A DNA stretch of 64,000 bases from Macrostomum lignano (Eukaryota). Each line of letters starts with the position of its first letter. Position 1 is the stretch's first letter. The notes under the pieces are model-generated. The model did not search any database. It was given only the letters and a program-made list of their open reading frames with translations, and was not told the DNA's origin. Both the position numbers and the translations under genes were made by a program. The DNA lies in the NCBI GenBank assembly GCA_002269645.1, contig NIVC01000176.1, forward strand, positions 434,001 through 498,000, given 5' to 3'. Positions 54,101 to 64,000 of the stretch are shown one piece after another.

Positions 54101-57100
54101 TGACCTCAGTGTGATTGGTGACCCGAGAGTTTCGGGTTCGTGACCTCAGTGTGATTGGTGACCTGACAGTGTCGGGTTCGTGACCTCATGCAGACTGATT
54201 GGTGACCCGAGAGTTTCGGGTTCGTGAACTCAGTGTGACTGGTGACCTGAGAGTGTCGGGTTCGTGACCTCAGTGTGATTGGTGACCTGAGAGTGTCGGG
54301 TTCGTGACCTTAGTAAGATTGGTGACCCGAGAGTGTCGGGTTCGTGACCTCAGTGTGATTGGTGACCTGAGAGTGTCGGGTTCGTGACCTCAGTGTGATT
54401 GGTGACCTGAGAGTGTCGGGTTCGTGACCTCAGTGTGATTAGTGACCCGAGAGTGCCGGGTTCGTGACCTTAGTGAGATTGGTGACCTGAGAGTGTCGGG
54501 TTCGTGACCTTAGTGAGATTGGTGACCCGAGAGTGCCGGTTTCGTGACCTCATGTCCGCAATCCTTCCCCACCCTCATCCGCAACCCAGACTAAAGCAGA
54601 AGACCAACGAACTAAAAGAGCTGGGCGAGAAATACGACACGGATTGCTGCTTCCTGGAGCTGTACAAAACCGAGCTGGACGAGCTGAAGAAAGAGTCAGC
54701 CAAGGAGGCGGAGGCGCTGAAAGCCGAGAAGGACTCGCTAGCGGCCGAGGCTGCCAAGCTTCGCTCCTCGGCCAAAGCCACCGAGGACGAGCTGCAGGCC
54801 GAGAAGTCGGCGCGCAACGCTTTGCAAACTCAGAAAACTGAACAGGAGCGCCGCCTGCTGCTGCTGGAACTCGAGCGGGACAAACACGCGGACGCCTGCT
54901 CAGAGCTGGCTAAGCAGAAGGAGTCAGTTGAGCAGCAGCTGAGTCAGCTCAGCCAGCAGATCACCAGTCTGGAGTCCGACAAATCCGCCCTGCTGGCCGA
55001 GGTGACCTCGTTGAAGAAGCGCGTGAGTGAGGAGGCCGTACTGAAGAACGAAGCGGTGAACAAACTGATCCGGCTGATGCAGGACCCTACGGTGCAGAAG
55101 GCTGCGCGGTCTGACGCTATGGACAGCGGCAGGCGGGGTCAGAGCAACAGGAAGGCTAGGTGAGTGAGACTACTTGCAAGTAGCGTGTGTATCATGGATA
55201 GAAACCTTTTTACGACTGTGTGTTGAATCTACGTTTGCTGATTATTTGATTAATTGAATTGTATATTCATTTATTCATTGATCAATTCATGCATTCATTT
55301 ATTGATTAGATCATTGATTGATTTATTGATTGATTCATTCGATGATTTATTGATTCATTAATATTGATTGATTTATTGATTGATTCATTCGATAATTTAT
55401 TGATTCATTCATATTGATTGATTAATTCGATGATTTATTGATTCATTCATATTGATTGATTTATTGATTGATTCATTCGATAATTTATTGATTCATTCAT
55501 ATTGATTGATTAATTCGATGATTTATTGATTCATTCATATTGATTGATTTATTGATTGATTCATTCGATAATTTATTGATTCATTCATATTGATTGATTA
55601 ATTCGATGATTTATTGATTCATTCATATTGATTGATTTATTGATTGATTCATTCGATGATTTATTGATTGATTCATATTGATTGATTCATTTTTTGGTTC
55701 ATTCGATGATTCATTGATTGGTTTATTAATTTATTGATTCATTGATTGGTTCATTGATTGGTTTATTAATTTATTGATTTATTGGTTGTTTTATTTATTG
55801 ATTGATTCATTGATTGATTAATTGATAAACTAATTAATTAATTAATTAATTAATTGATTGATTCACTGGGTGAGTTCCGGCCCACATATTTCGGTTTTAT
55901 TTGCCATCACACACACTTATTTTTAGAGATGAGAGTCTAATTAATGCGATATCCCAGTCAAAGTTACCAACTATAGCTTTCAAAGAAAGCAAACAGACAA
56001 CGGAGGGCTGCGGGCACCCGAATATGAATAGATCTTGAGTACTTGAGCATCATAGATTCTAATCGCTAGCGTCCTGTCTACCCAATCGCCGCAGGGAGTT
56101 GGACGCCGAGCTGAAACGCGAACGCGAAATTCATCGCCGCAAAGTGGAACAGAAAGATGTAGAAATTCAAGACCTGCGAGTCAATCTTGACCGGATGCAG
56201 GTTGAACTGCAGGAACTGCAACTCGTGCTGGAACAGAGGGAGTCCATGATTGAAGAATACGAACGGCGCCTGGCCAACTCTTCGCATGTGGACACCTTTT
56301 CCATGACATCGTCGGACAATCGGACGGCCACTGGTAGCGCCGCGTCCACTACAGCCTCGGACACGGCTACCCTGTCATCTATTGAGTTGCCAGGCGCCAG
56401 CAACTGGGAAGGCTTTCTATCGGTGCCCAAGGCCAATCGCCGCCGCGGTAATCTGGCATTCGAGGAGCGCTACGTTGTTGTCAGCCAGCGCAGCGTGGCC
56501 TTCTATCGGACTAAGGAGGAGAAGGACTCCCAGGAGCGCCCGGCCATGGTGCTGGAGTTGGCCAAGATTTTCCATGCCAGACCCATCACGCAGAATGACG
56601 CTTTGCACGCTGATAAGAAGGATATCCCAAGGATTCTGCAGGTGCGTGCGGCTTTTCCGGGGGGGGGGGGCTTGTCGTGTGTGTTCTTGATTCAAAGAAA
56701 GGGATAAATAAGCCTATAGTATCTAAGGTAGTGGAAATACCCTAATCTATGAATAATAATTGTCTCAAATCCCACCTGTAGCTTAAAAATCGACCCAAAT
56801 CCTACCTGTGGCTTAAAAATCGCCCCAAATCCTACCTGTGGCTTAAAAATCGACCCAAATCCTACCTGTGGCTTAAAAATCGACCCAAATCCTACCTGTA
56901 GCTTCAAAATCGCCCTAAATCCTACCTGTGGCTTAAAAATCGCCCTAAATCCTACCTGTAGCTTAAAAATCGCCCCAAATCCTACCTGTAGCTTAAAAAT
57001 CGCCCCAAATCCTACCTGTGGCTTAAAAATCGACCCAAATCCTACCTGTGGCTTAAAAATCGCCCCAAATCCTACCTGTGGCTTCAAAATCGCCCCAAAT

Positions 57101-58809
57101 CCTACCTGTAGCTTCAAAATCGCCCTAAATCCTACCTGTGGCTTAAAAATCGCCCTAAATCCTACCTGTAGCTTAAAAATCGCCCCAAATCCTACCTGTA
57201 GCTTAAAAATCGCCCCAAATCCTACCTGTGGCTTAAAAATCGCCCCAAATCCTACCTGTGGCTTAAAAATCGCCCCAAATCCTACCTGTGGCTTCAAAAT
57301 CGCCCCAAATCCTACCTGTAGCTTAAAAATCGCCCCAAATCCTACCTGTAGCTTAAAAATCGACCCAAATCCTACCTGTGGCTTAAAAATCGCCCCAAAT
57401 CCTACCTGTGGCTTAAAAATCGCCCCAAATCCTACCTGTGGCTTCAAAATCGCCCCAAATCCTACCTGTAGCTTCAAAATCGCCCTAAATCCTACCTGTG
57501 GCTTAAAAATCGCCCTAAATCCTACCTGTAGCTTAAAAATCGCCCCAAATCCTACCTGTAGCTTAAAAATCGCCCCAAATCCTACCTGTGGCTTAAAAAT
57601 CGCCCCAAATCCTACCTGTGGCTTAAAAATCGCCCCAAATCCTACCTGTGGCTTCAAAATCGCCCCAAATCCTACCTGTAGCTTAAAAATCGCCCTAAAT
57701 CCTACCTGTAGCTTAAAAATCGCCCCGAATCCTACCTGTGGCTTAAAAATCGCCCCAAATCCTACCTGTAGCTTAAAAATCGCCCCAAATCCTACCTGTA
57801 GCTTAAAAAATCGCCCCGAATCCTACCTGTGGCTTAAAAACGCCCCAATGCCACAGCTTGGCCCAGAGCCAACCCCAATGCCACACAGCTTGGCCCAGAG
57901 CCAACCCCAATGCCACACAGCTTGGCCCAGAGCCAACCCCAATGCCACAGCTTGGCCCAGAGCCAACCCCAATGCCACACAGCTTGGCCCAGAGCCAGCC
58001 CCAATGCCACACAGCTTGGCCCAGAGCCAGCCCCAATGCCACAGCTTGGCCCAGAGCCAACCCCAATGCCACACAGCTTTGCCCAGAGCTAACCCCAATG
58101 CCACACAGCTTGGCCCAGAGCCAACCCCAATGCCACACAGCTTGGCCCAGAGCCAGCCCCAATGCCACACAGCTTGGCCCAGAGCCAGCCCCAATGCCAC
58201 AGCTTGGCCCAGAGCCAACCCCAATGCCACACAGCTTGGCCCAGAGCCAACCCCAATGCCACACAGCTTGGCCCAGAGCCAACCCCAATGCCAGCCACCG
58301 CCCGCACTCCCCCTTGCCAGCTACTATACGAAGCTGACGGCGAGGCCAAGGACAAAGTGTCTCGCGAGGTGAAATCTGGCGGCGCGGCAGGCGGCGGCGC
58401 CGGCGGCCCAGACTCCAGCTCTCTGATGGTGATGCACAATGGGCACAAATTCGTGCCAATCACCTACCGGATGCCAACCCATTGCGACGTGTGCGCCAAG
58501 CCGTGCTTCGCCGTGTTGAACCCGCCGCCGGCTCTGGAATGCCGTCAGTGTCACACCAGGATCCATCGGGACCACGTGGAACTGGCCGACCGGCCAATCC
58601 ATCACTGCAAAGTCTACGATGAGGCCAAGAGTCTGCTGCTGTTGGCCGGCAACGACGCGGAGATGGCCCGCTGGGTGAAGGAGATTGAGCGCCGGGTGAA
58701 GGCGCTGGACAGTGTCCGGCCGAACCGGCACAAGGAGCACTATAGCAGCGGCCGGGGCAAGGGCGGCACACTCAATCGGGAGTCTTCGTTTAGTAACAGC
58801 AATTTTTAA
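45115..58809 (+). CDS. ROCK: Rho-associated coiled-coil protein kinase, 1277 aa
   Basis: Exons 45115-45281, 48518-48776, 50164-51245, 51976-52242, 52820-53272, 54590-55159, 56095-56641, 58321-58809 (3834 nt, all phases match). N-terminal INIDSLLD, kinase [28 protein letters not shown], hydrophobic motif FIGFSF, long coiled coil, Rho-binding [11 protein letters not shown] domain split by a C1 domain (HKF..CDVC..CRQC..H..H..C). Confidence 0.95.
45362..47245. repeat. 30-bp minisatellite (TTGCTTCCCGAGTTTTCAGTTTAGGGCGAT)n, ROCK intron 1
   Basis: About 62 copies with variant sub-blocks. Confidence 0.98.
48165..48432. repeat. 32-bp minisatellite (CAGTGGGTCTACCGCCATTTCCTCAGGCCCTT)n, ROCK intron 1
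   Basis: About 8 copies. Confidence 0.95.
48835..50050. repeat. 18/17-bp minisatellite (CTACTCTGATCCCATAAC)n, ROCK intron 2
   Basis: Roughly 65 copies. Confidence 0.97.
51290..51940. repeat. 23-bp minisatellite (GGCTGAGTAGGGGCTCAGATTG[A/T])n, ROCK intron 3
   Basis: About 28 copies. Confidence 0.97.
52285..52678. repeat. 25-bp minisatellite (GACCTGACACTATTCACAAGGTCAT)n, ROCK intron 4
   Basis: About 12 copies plus two longer lead-in units. Confidence 0.95.
53279..54553. repeat. 40/44-bp minisatellite (GTCGGGTTCGTGACCTC…GATTGGTGACCCGAGAGT)n, ROCK intron 5
   Basis: About 30 copies of two interleaved variants; fills nearly the whole intron. Confidence 0.97.
55245..55865. repeat. AT-rich (ATTG/ATTC)-based compound repeat, ROCK intron 6
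   Basis: Repeated ATTGATTGATTTATTGATTCATTC blocks. Confidence 0.92.
56766..57845. repeat. 30-bp minisatellite (AAATCCTACCTGTGGCTTAAAAATCGCCCC)n, ROCK intron 7
   Basis: About 36 copies. Confidence 0.98.
57844..58293. repeat. 30/32-bp minisatellite (CCAATGCCAC[AC]AGCTTGGCCCAGAGCCAACC)n, ROCK intron 7
   Basis: About 14 copies, directly abutting the previous array. Confidence 0.97.
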
Positions 58810-58944
58810 TTGATTGATTTGTTCAATTCTCTTCTGTCCAAGGTTTCTGTTGAGATTTTGCAACGATACTCTGATGTGTGAATTTATCTTGGCTGCTTCT
58901 TCTGTTTTACTGGGTTTTTAATAATTTTTGCTATTAAGTTTGAA

Positions 58945-59385
58945 ACTGAAGATTGAGGAACCAGCTTCCATTGAGGAACTGAGGATTGGGGATCCAGCTT
59001 CCGTTGAGGAACTGAAGATTGAAGATCCAGCTTCCATGCGGAACTGAGGATTGAGGAACCAGCTTTCATTGAGGAACTGAGGATTGGGGAACCAGCTTCC
59101 ATTGAGGGACTGATGATTGAGGATCCAGCTTCCATGCGGAACTGAGGATTGAGGATCCAGCTTCCATGCGGAACTGAGGATTGAGGATCCAGCTTCCATG
59201 CGGAACTGATGATTGAGGATCCAGCTTCCATGCGGAACTGATGATTGAGGATCCAGCTTCCACTTAGGATTCAGGAAACAGCTTCCGTGAGAAACTGAGA
59301 ATTAAGAAACCAGCTTCCATTGAGGATCTGATGGTTAAGGAACCAGCTTCTATGTAGGACTGAAGATTGAGGAACCAGCTACCCA
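58945..59385. repeat. ~35-bp minisatellite (GGAACTGAGGATTGAGGATCCAGCTTCCAT…)n after the ROCK stop
   Basis: About 12 imperfect copies. Confidence 0.92.
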
Positions 59386-60912
59386 TATCGCTAAAATAAG
59401 GCACCCCGATTCACAAACGCAAAAATTAAATCTGCTCTATATTTTGTTTTAATTTGCATTCGCCATCAATTGAAAGGTACTTATAATTGCTTCAGGCTTT
59501 CTTTGCCCCCGCTATCCTAGCCTGAGTCCCGGCTGGCCGGGTGCTGTGATTAGCACCAAATTATACTTTTTTTAATTTAAATTCTTAACTGTAATTAAAA
59601 TTTGATTCAACTGTGTGCTTACCCCCGAATCCAACTTGTGTTACTAACAGTAGCTAGCTAATGATTTTTATTGAAAAATAAATTACAAGCACAATATATT
59701 CGTTTGAAAAAAATTGAACATCTTTTTTTATATTTTCTAATAATGCCTATGTATTATAACTTGGCAAGTATTATAAGAATAGTACAGTAAGCACTATTTA
59801 AAATATTATTAAGATTAAGTAATATTGCATGTAATCGGCTTCGCGTGCGCTTTCATCCCGTGTACTTTTGTCTGTAAATGTGGCTAAAATATATGCATAT
59901 TTATAAGTACATTGTGTACTATAAGCGCTGTGGGTTGTGTCAATCTTTGAAAGTGCCTGATCCGATATGCAAGGCTCGTTAAAAGTCAAAATGTTTTGCT
60001 ACATTTTAGTAGCTTAGTTAGGAAAACAATTTTTCAATAAGTTTTTCTTCGCTATTTTTATTACTTATAGTAGTAGCAGTAGTAGTATTTTGTTGCGAGC
60101 GCGTTTTTCTCTGTGTAGCATCGTTTTTATCGATTATAATCACCGGTTTTGGGAGGGGCTGGGGAGATCGGCTTTTGTCTATTTAGCCGATTAACAGCCA
60201 CTAATTACTGTGCATATACAGGTAATTTCATTAGCTTCCCCGCGTGCAACAGCCATACTATCCTATTATAATAAATCATAAATCATTGTTTGTAATTTTG
60301 CGTTGTTCGATCTCGAGTTTTGTTTAGAAAGTTTTTCTTTGTTCATTTCACAGCGGCTTCCACACTGCAGTGTGTTTCCTGTTTGCCTTCAAAACTACCT
60401 TAATTACAGTCATAACTAACGAAATGAATTATTTGTTTTTATTACATAGCTGTGCACCCGATCAATCAACCTTCCCCCCTGCTCAATTTTTGTTTTAATT
60501 TTTGCTTTGCCACTCCCCTCCTCGTTGCCGTTGGTCTGCTTCAAAGTCCAATGCCAGTCCAATTAAGTCTCAGAAATCCGTATTAAATCCTCATCAGTCA
60601 TCGCTCAACTGTTGCTGACTTGGAGAAAACTACATCAAGAAACTGTGCTTGTCTGCTTTGCGTGAAAAAAATGGAAACATATCTAAAGCCTGTGTTTATA
60701 TTTTTGCACACTAACACGCCATTACGAAGCCCAGTTCCGTTTTTATATATGAAAAATAAATATATGCATAACTATAATTAACACAACAAGAATGCTGCTG
60801 ATTCGATTGAGAGATGCGGCTACTGCAGTGATACGAGATGCCAGAATACACACAGCTGCCGATGCTCGGCTCTTCTTGCTGGCTAGTCCTTTCCGAATGG
60901 GCCGCCTGGCAA

Positions 60913-61882
60913 CGGGATCTGGGAGGCTGGCCCAGCAACTGAGGATCTGGGAGGCTGGCCCAGCAACTGAGGATCTGGGAGGCTGGCCCAGCAACTGAGG
61001 ATCTGGGAGGCTGGCCCAGCAACTGAGGATCTGGGAGGCTGGCCCAGCAAATGAGGATCTGGAAGGCTGGCCCAGCAATTGATGATCTGGGAGGCTGGCC
61101 CAACAACTGAGGATCTGGAAGGCTGGCCCAGCAACTGAGGATCTGGGAGGCTGGCCCAGCAACTGAGGATCTGGGAGGCTGGCCCAGCAACTGGGGCTCT
61201 GGGAGGCTGGCCCAGCCACTGAGGATATGGGAGGCTGGCTCAGCAACTGAGGATCTGGGAGGCTGGCCCAGCAACTGAGGATCTGGGAGGCTGGCCCAGC
61301 AACTGAGGATGTGGGAGGCTGGCCCAGGAACTGAGGATCTGGGAGGCTGGCCCAGCAACTGAGGATCTGGGAGGCTGGCCCAGGAACTGAGGATCTGGGA
61401 GTGGCCCAGTCACTGAAGATTTTGGAGGCTGGCCCAGCAACTGAGGATCTGAAAGGCTGGCCCAGGAACTGAGGATCTGGGAGGCTGGCCCAGCAACTGA
61501 GGATCTGGGAGGCTGGCCCAGCAACTGAGGATCTGGGCGGCTGGCCCAGCAACTGAGGATCTGGGATGCTGGCCCAGCAACTGAGGATCTGGGATGCTGG
61601 CCCAGCAACTGAGGATCTGGGAGGCTGGCCCAGCACCTGAAGATCTGGGAGGCTGGCCCAGCAACTGAGGATCTGGGAGGCTGGCCCAGCAACTGAGGAT
61701 CTGGGATGCTGGCCCAGCAACTGAGGATCTGGGATGCTGGCCCAGCAACTGAGGATCTGGGAGGCTGGCCCAGCACCTGAAGATCTGGGAGGCTGGCCCA
61801 TCAACTGGGGCTCTGGGAGGCTGGCCCGGCAAGTGAGGATCTGGGAGGCTGGTTCAGCAACTGAGGATCTGGGAGGCTGGCG
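60913..61882. repeat. 28-bp minisatellite (ACTGAGGATCTGGGAGGCTGGCCCAGCA)n
   Basis: About 35 copies. Confidence 0.97.
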
Positions 61883-62706
61883 GCACAGGATGAAAGTGAA
61901 CAAATGACAAACATTAAAAAAGCGTCCACAATGCAGCTACATGTGATCAGACAGCCAGTAAATTGCGGGTAGAACGTGTTTACTATGCGAGTATATTTTG
62001 CGTTTAACTGTCACCGCCAAAACTGAAACAAATTAGACAGAAAATTGAATAATTTAAGACAAATTAATGATTCTCTGAATTATAATCGTTTATATTAGAT
62101 TAGAATTTTTCACAAACGAGAGTAGGGCGGTCACAGCTGATAATATATATCTATATATAGTTCGGTCACATCACGCTACTCATAGGAACAGATGTTAAGG
62201 AGCACAGAATTCGCGAAAAGAAATTTTCTTATTTTGCTTTGGAGCTGTAAAATTTACAATTTACATGCAAATCCTTCTGTCTTAAAAGTAGCCACATGTA
62301 TCTACAGTGGTGCAGCTTGAGAAATTGAACATCTACTACTTACATATTATCCATTTAGTAGCCTATAGTGTTAATAAATACGAATGAAATACTATTAGAA
62401 AAAACAGCACAGAATAAAATTCGCATTGCCAAGAGGAAAAAAATCATACTTGAATTTCAAGCGGTGCGCGAAACCTCGGCGGCTGCGAATAACCGGATGA
62501 CGAAAACAAAACATTTTGCAGAGAGAACAGCCTGCATCAGATTGCGGAATTAACAAATGAAGGAGCGAAAATGAAAATTTGCAGCGCTGATTCTGCTTAA
62601 AATTTCTCGATGAAAAATAATATTGATGAAACAGGTTGTGAATTTCACTCTGGGTTTCTATTGGATAATATTGTAATCAGATTAATTAGCACACGCAAAC
62701 GCTGAC

Positions 62707-63876
62707 GATCTGGGATGCTGGCCCAGCAACTGAGGATCTGGGAGGCTGGCCCAGGAACTGAGGATCTGGGAGTGGCCCAGTCACTGAAGATTCTGGAGGC
62801 TGGCCCAGCAACTGAGGATCTGAAAGGCTGGCCCAGGAACTGAGGATCTGGGAGGCTGGCCCAGCAACTGAGGATCTGGGAGGCTGGCCCAGCAACTGAG
62901 GATCTGGGCGGCTGGCCCAGCAACTGAGGATCTGGGATGCTGGCCCAGCAACTGAGGATCTGGGATGCTGGCCCAGCAACTGAGGATCTGGGATGCTGGC
63001 TCAGAGACTCAGGATCTGGGATGCTGGCCCAGCAACTGAGGATCTGGGAGGCTGACCCAGCAACTGAGGATCTGGGATGCTGGCTCAGAGACTCAGGATC
63101 TGGGATGCTGGACCAGCAACTGAGGATCTGGGAGGCTGGCCCAGCAACTGAGGATCTGGGAGGCTGGCCCAGGAACTGAGGATCTGGGAGTGGCCCAGTC
63201 ACTGAAGATTCTGGAGGCTGGCCCAGCAACTGAGGATCTGAAAGGCTGGCCCAGGAACTGAGGATCTGGGAGGCTGGCCCAGCAACTGAGGATCTGGGAG
63301 GCTGGCCCAGCAACTGAGGATCTGGGCGGCTGGCCCAGCAACTGAGGATCTGGGATGCTGGCCCAGCAACTGAGGATCTGGGATGCTGGCCCAGCAACTG
63401 AGGATCTGGGATGCTGGCTCAGAGACTCAGGATCTGGGATGCTGGCCCAGCAACTGAGGATCTGGGATGCTGGACCAGCAACTGAGGATCTGGGATGCTG
63501 GCCCAGCAACTGAGGATCTGGGAGGCTGGCCCAGCAACTGAGGATCTGAAAGGCTGGCCCAGGAACTGAGGATCTGGGATGCTGGCCCAGCAACTGAGGA
63601 TCTGGGATGCTGGACCAGCAACTGAGGATCTGGGATGCTGGCCCAGCAACTGAGGATCTGGGAGGCTGGCCCAGCAACTGAGGATCTGGGATGCTGGACC
63701 AGCAACTGAGGATCTGGGATGCTGGCCCAGCAACTGAGGATCTGGGATGCTGGCCCAGCAACTGAGGATCTGGGAGGCTGGCTCAGCAACTGAGGATCTG
63801 GGAGGCTGGCTCAGCAACTGAGGATCTGGGAGGCTGGCCCAGCAACTGAGGATCTAGGAGGCTGGCCCAGCAACTG
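62707..63876. repeat. 28-bp minisatellite (same family) with higher-order duplication
   Basis: About 41 copies; variant block GTGGCCCAGTCACTGAAGA recurs near 62771 and 63190. Confidence 0.97.
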
Positions 63877-64000
63877 CCAGGTATGTCCAAACTCAACAAC
63901 CGCAGCATATGATTAAAGTAGTGACGCAGCATAATCACAGAATGGAATCAACAAATCCCCATAAACTGGTACAAAGAAGACAAAAAACAGTGACCAACGA

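Overview
Intron-rich animal genomic DNA; nothing prokaryotic, and no CRISPR array, rRNA or tRNA gene was seen. GC-rich exons with poly-Q/A/G tracts and minisatellite-filled introns suggest a Macrostomum-like free-living flatworm (inference only). I assembled four spliced genes by hand with GT-AG junctions and consistent phases: a two-domain phosphoethanolamine N-methyltransferase (minus, 7 exons, 496 aa), casein kinase I alpha (minus, 5 exons, 337 aa), eIF2B gamma (plus, 3 exons, 490 aa) and Rho-associated kinase (plus, 8 exons, 1277 aa). Between CK1 and eIF2B gamma lies a full-length 10,332-bp Ty3/gypsy LTR retrotransposon (minus; 988-bp LTRs differing at one base, 4-bp TSD TTAC, tRNA-Leu-like PBS, PPT). 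It has unusual features: a short first ORF ending in UAG-CAG-CCA (readthrough-type context) in frame with gag, a G-GGA-AAC -1 frameshift site with a downstream hairpin, a ~1-kb repeat-containing insert between RNase H and integrase, and an extra non-env 3' ORF. About 30 tandem arrays occupy 17 of the 19 introns, mostly one family per intron. Most long ORFs in the supplied track are artefacts of these arrays.
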